A stretch of DNA of 61,442 bases, the filler included. It is 3 parts of 3 records of this genome, joined end to end, with 100 filler letters (N's around TTAATTAATTAA, not from the genome) between each part and the next. Parts side by side here need not be neighbours in the genome. Positions count along the whole stretch, not along the records: positions 55,467 to 61,442 come from SRR2962707_5522; 2 more parts are not named here. The stretch is one strand, 5' to 3'. Numbering within the stretch: position 1 is the first letter of the stretch; each line of letters starts with the position of its first letter. The notes beneath the pieces were generated by a model, which saw only the letters and a program-made list of their open reading frames with translations, ran no database searches and was not told the origin of the DNA. A program made the translations under genes and the position numbers. This document shows, piece after piece, positions 61,407 to 61,442 of the stretch.

Positions 61407-61442
61407 CTAGGGCAAAAAAAAAAAAAAAAAAAAAGGGGGGGG

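Noticed and set aside
61414-61442. Poly-A run followed by poly-G at the window end, resembling an mRNA tail or retroelement end
   Set aside because: On the minus strand it is the polypyrimidine tract before the acceptor AG at 61408-61407; the terminal G run may be a sequencing artefact.

Overview
The window is not one genome region. It is three unrelated contigs joined by artificial 100-nt linkers (44 N + TTAATTAATTAA + 44 N) at 24521-24620 and 55367-55466. Contig A (1-24520) is a high-GC alphaproteobacterium, Parvibaculum-like by inference. It carries a Pho box, an Fe(III) ABC system, two RND efflux pairs (one with PadR), FadE, an acyl-CoA hydrolase/transferase, an FAH-family protein, a Baeyer-Villiger monooxygenase and a two-partner secretion pair whose TpsA has acidic 93-aa repeats. 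Contig B (24621-55366) looks like a Roseobacter-group bacterium, also by inference. It carries a sugar-acid/hexuronate catabolic region with two TRAP systems, an eptA-dgkA-two-component module, an orphan CHASE-PAS kinase, a polar amino acid ABC system, and a LIV-type ABC system downstream of a VanA-like Rieske oxygenase. Contig C (55467-61442) is eukaryotic, with two convergent genes interrupted by 83-148 nt GT-AG introns that I spliced by hand. One is a GSTCD-like methyltransferase. The other is the strongest candidate for something new: a GYGD K+ channel with C-linker and a degenerate cyclic-nucleotide-binding domain, followed in frame by a Ca2+-type C2 domain and an IQ-like motif. I saw no rRNA, tRNA, CRISPR array or transposase. 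All functional calls come from motif recognition; no database searches were run.
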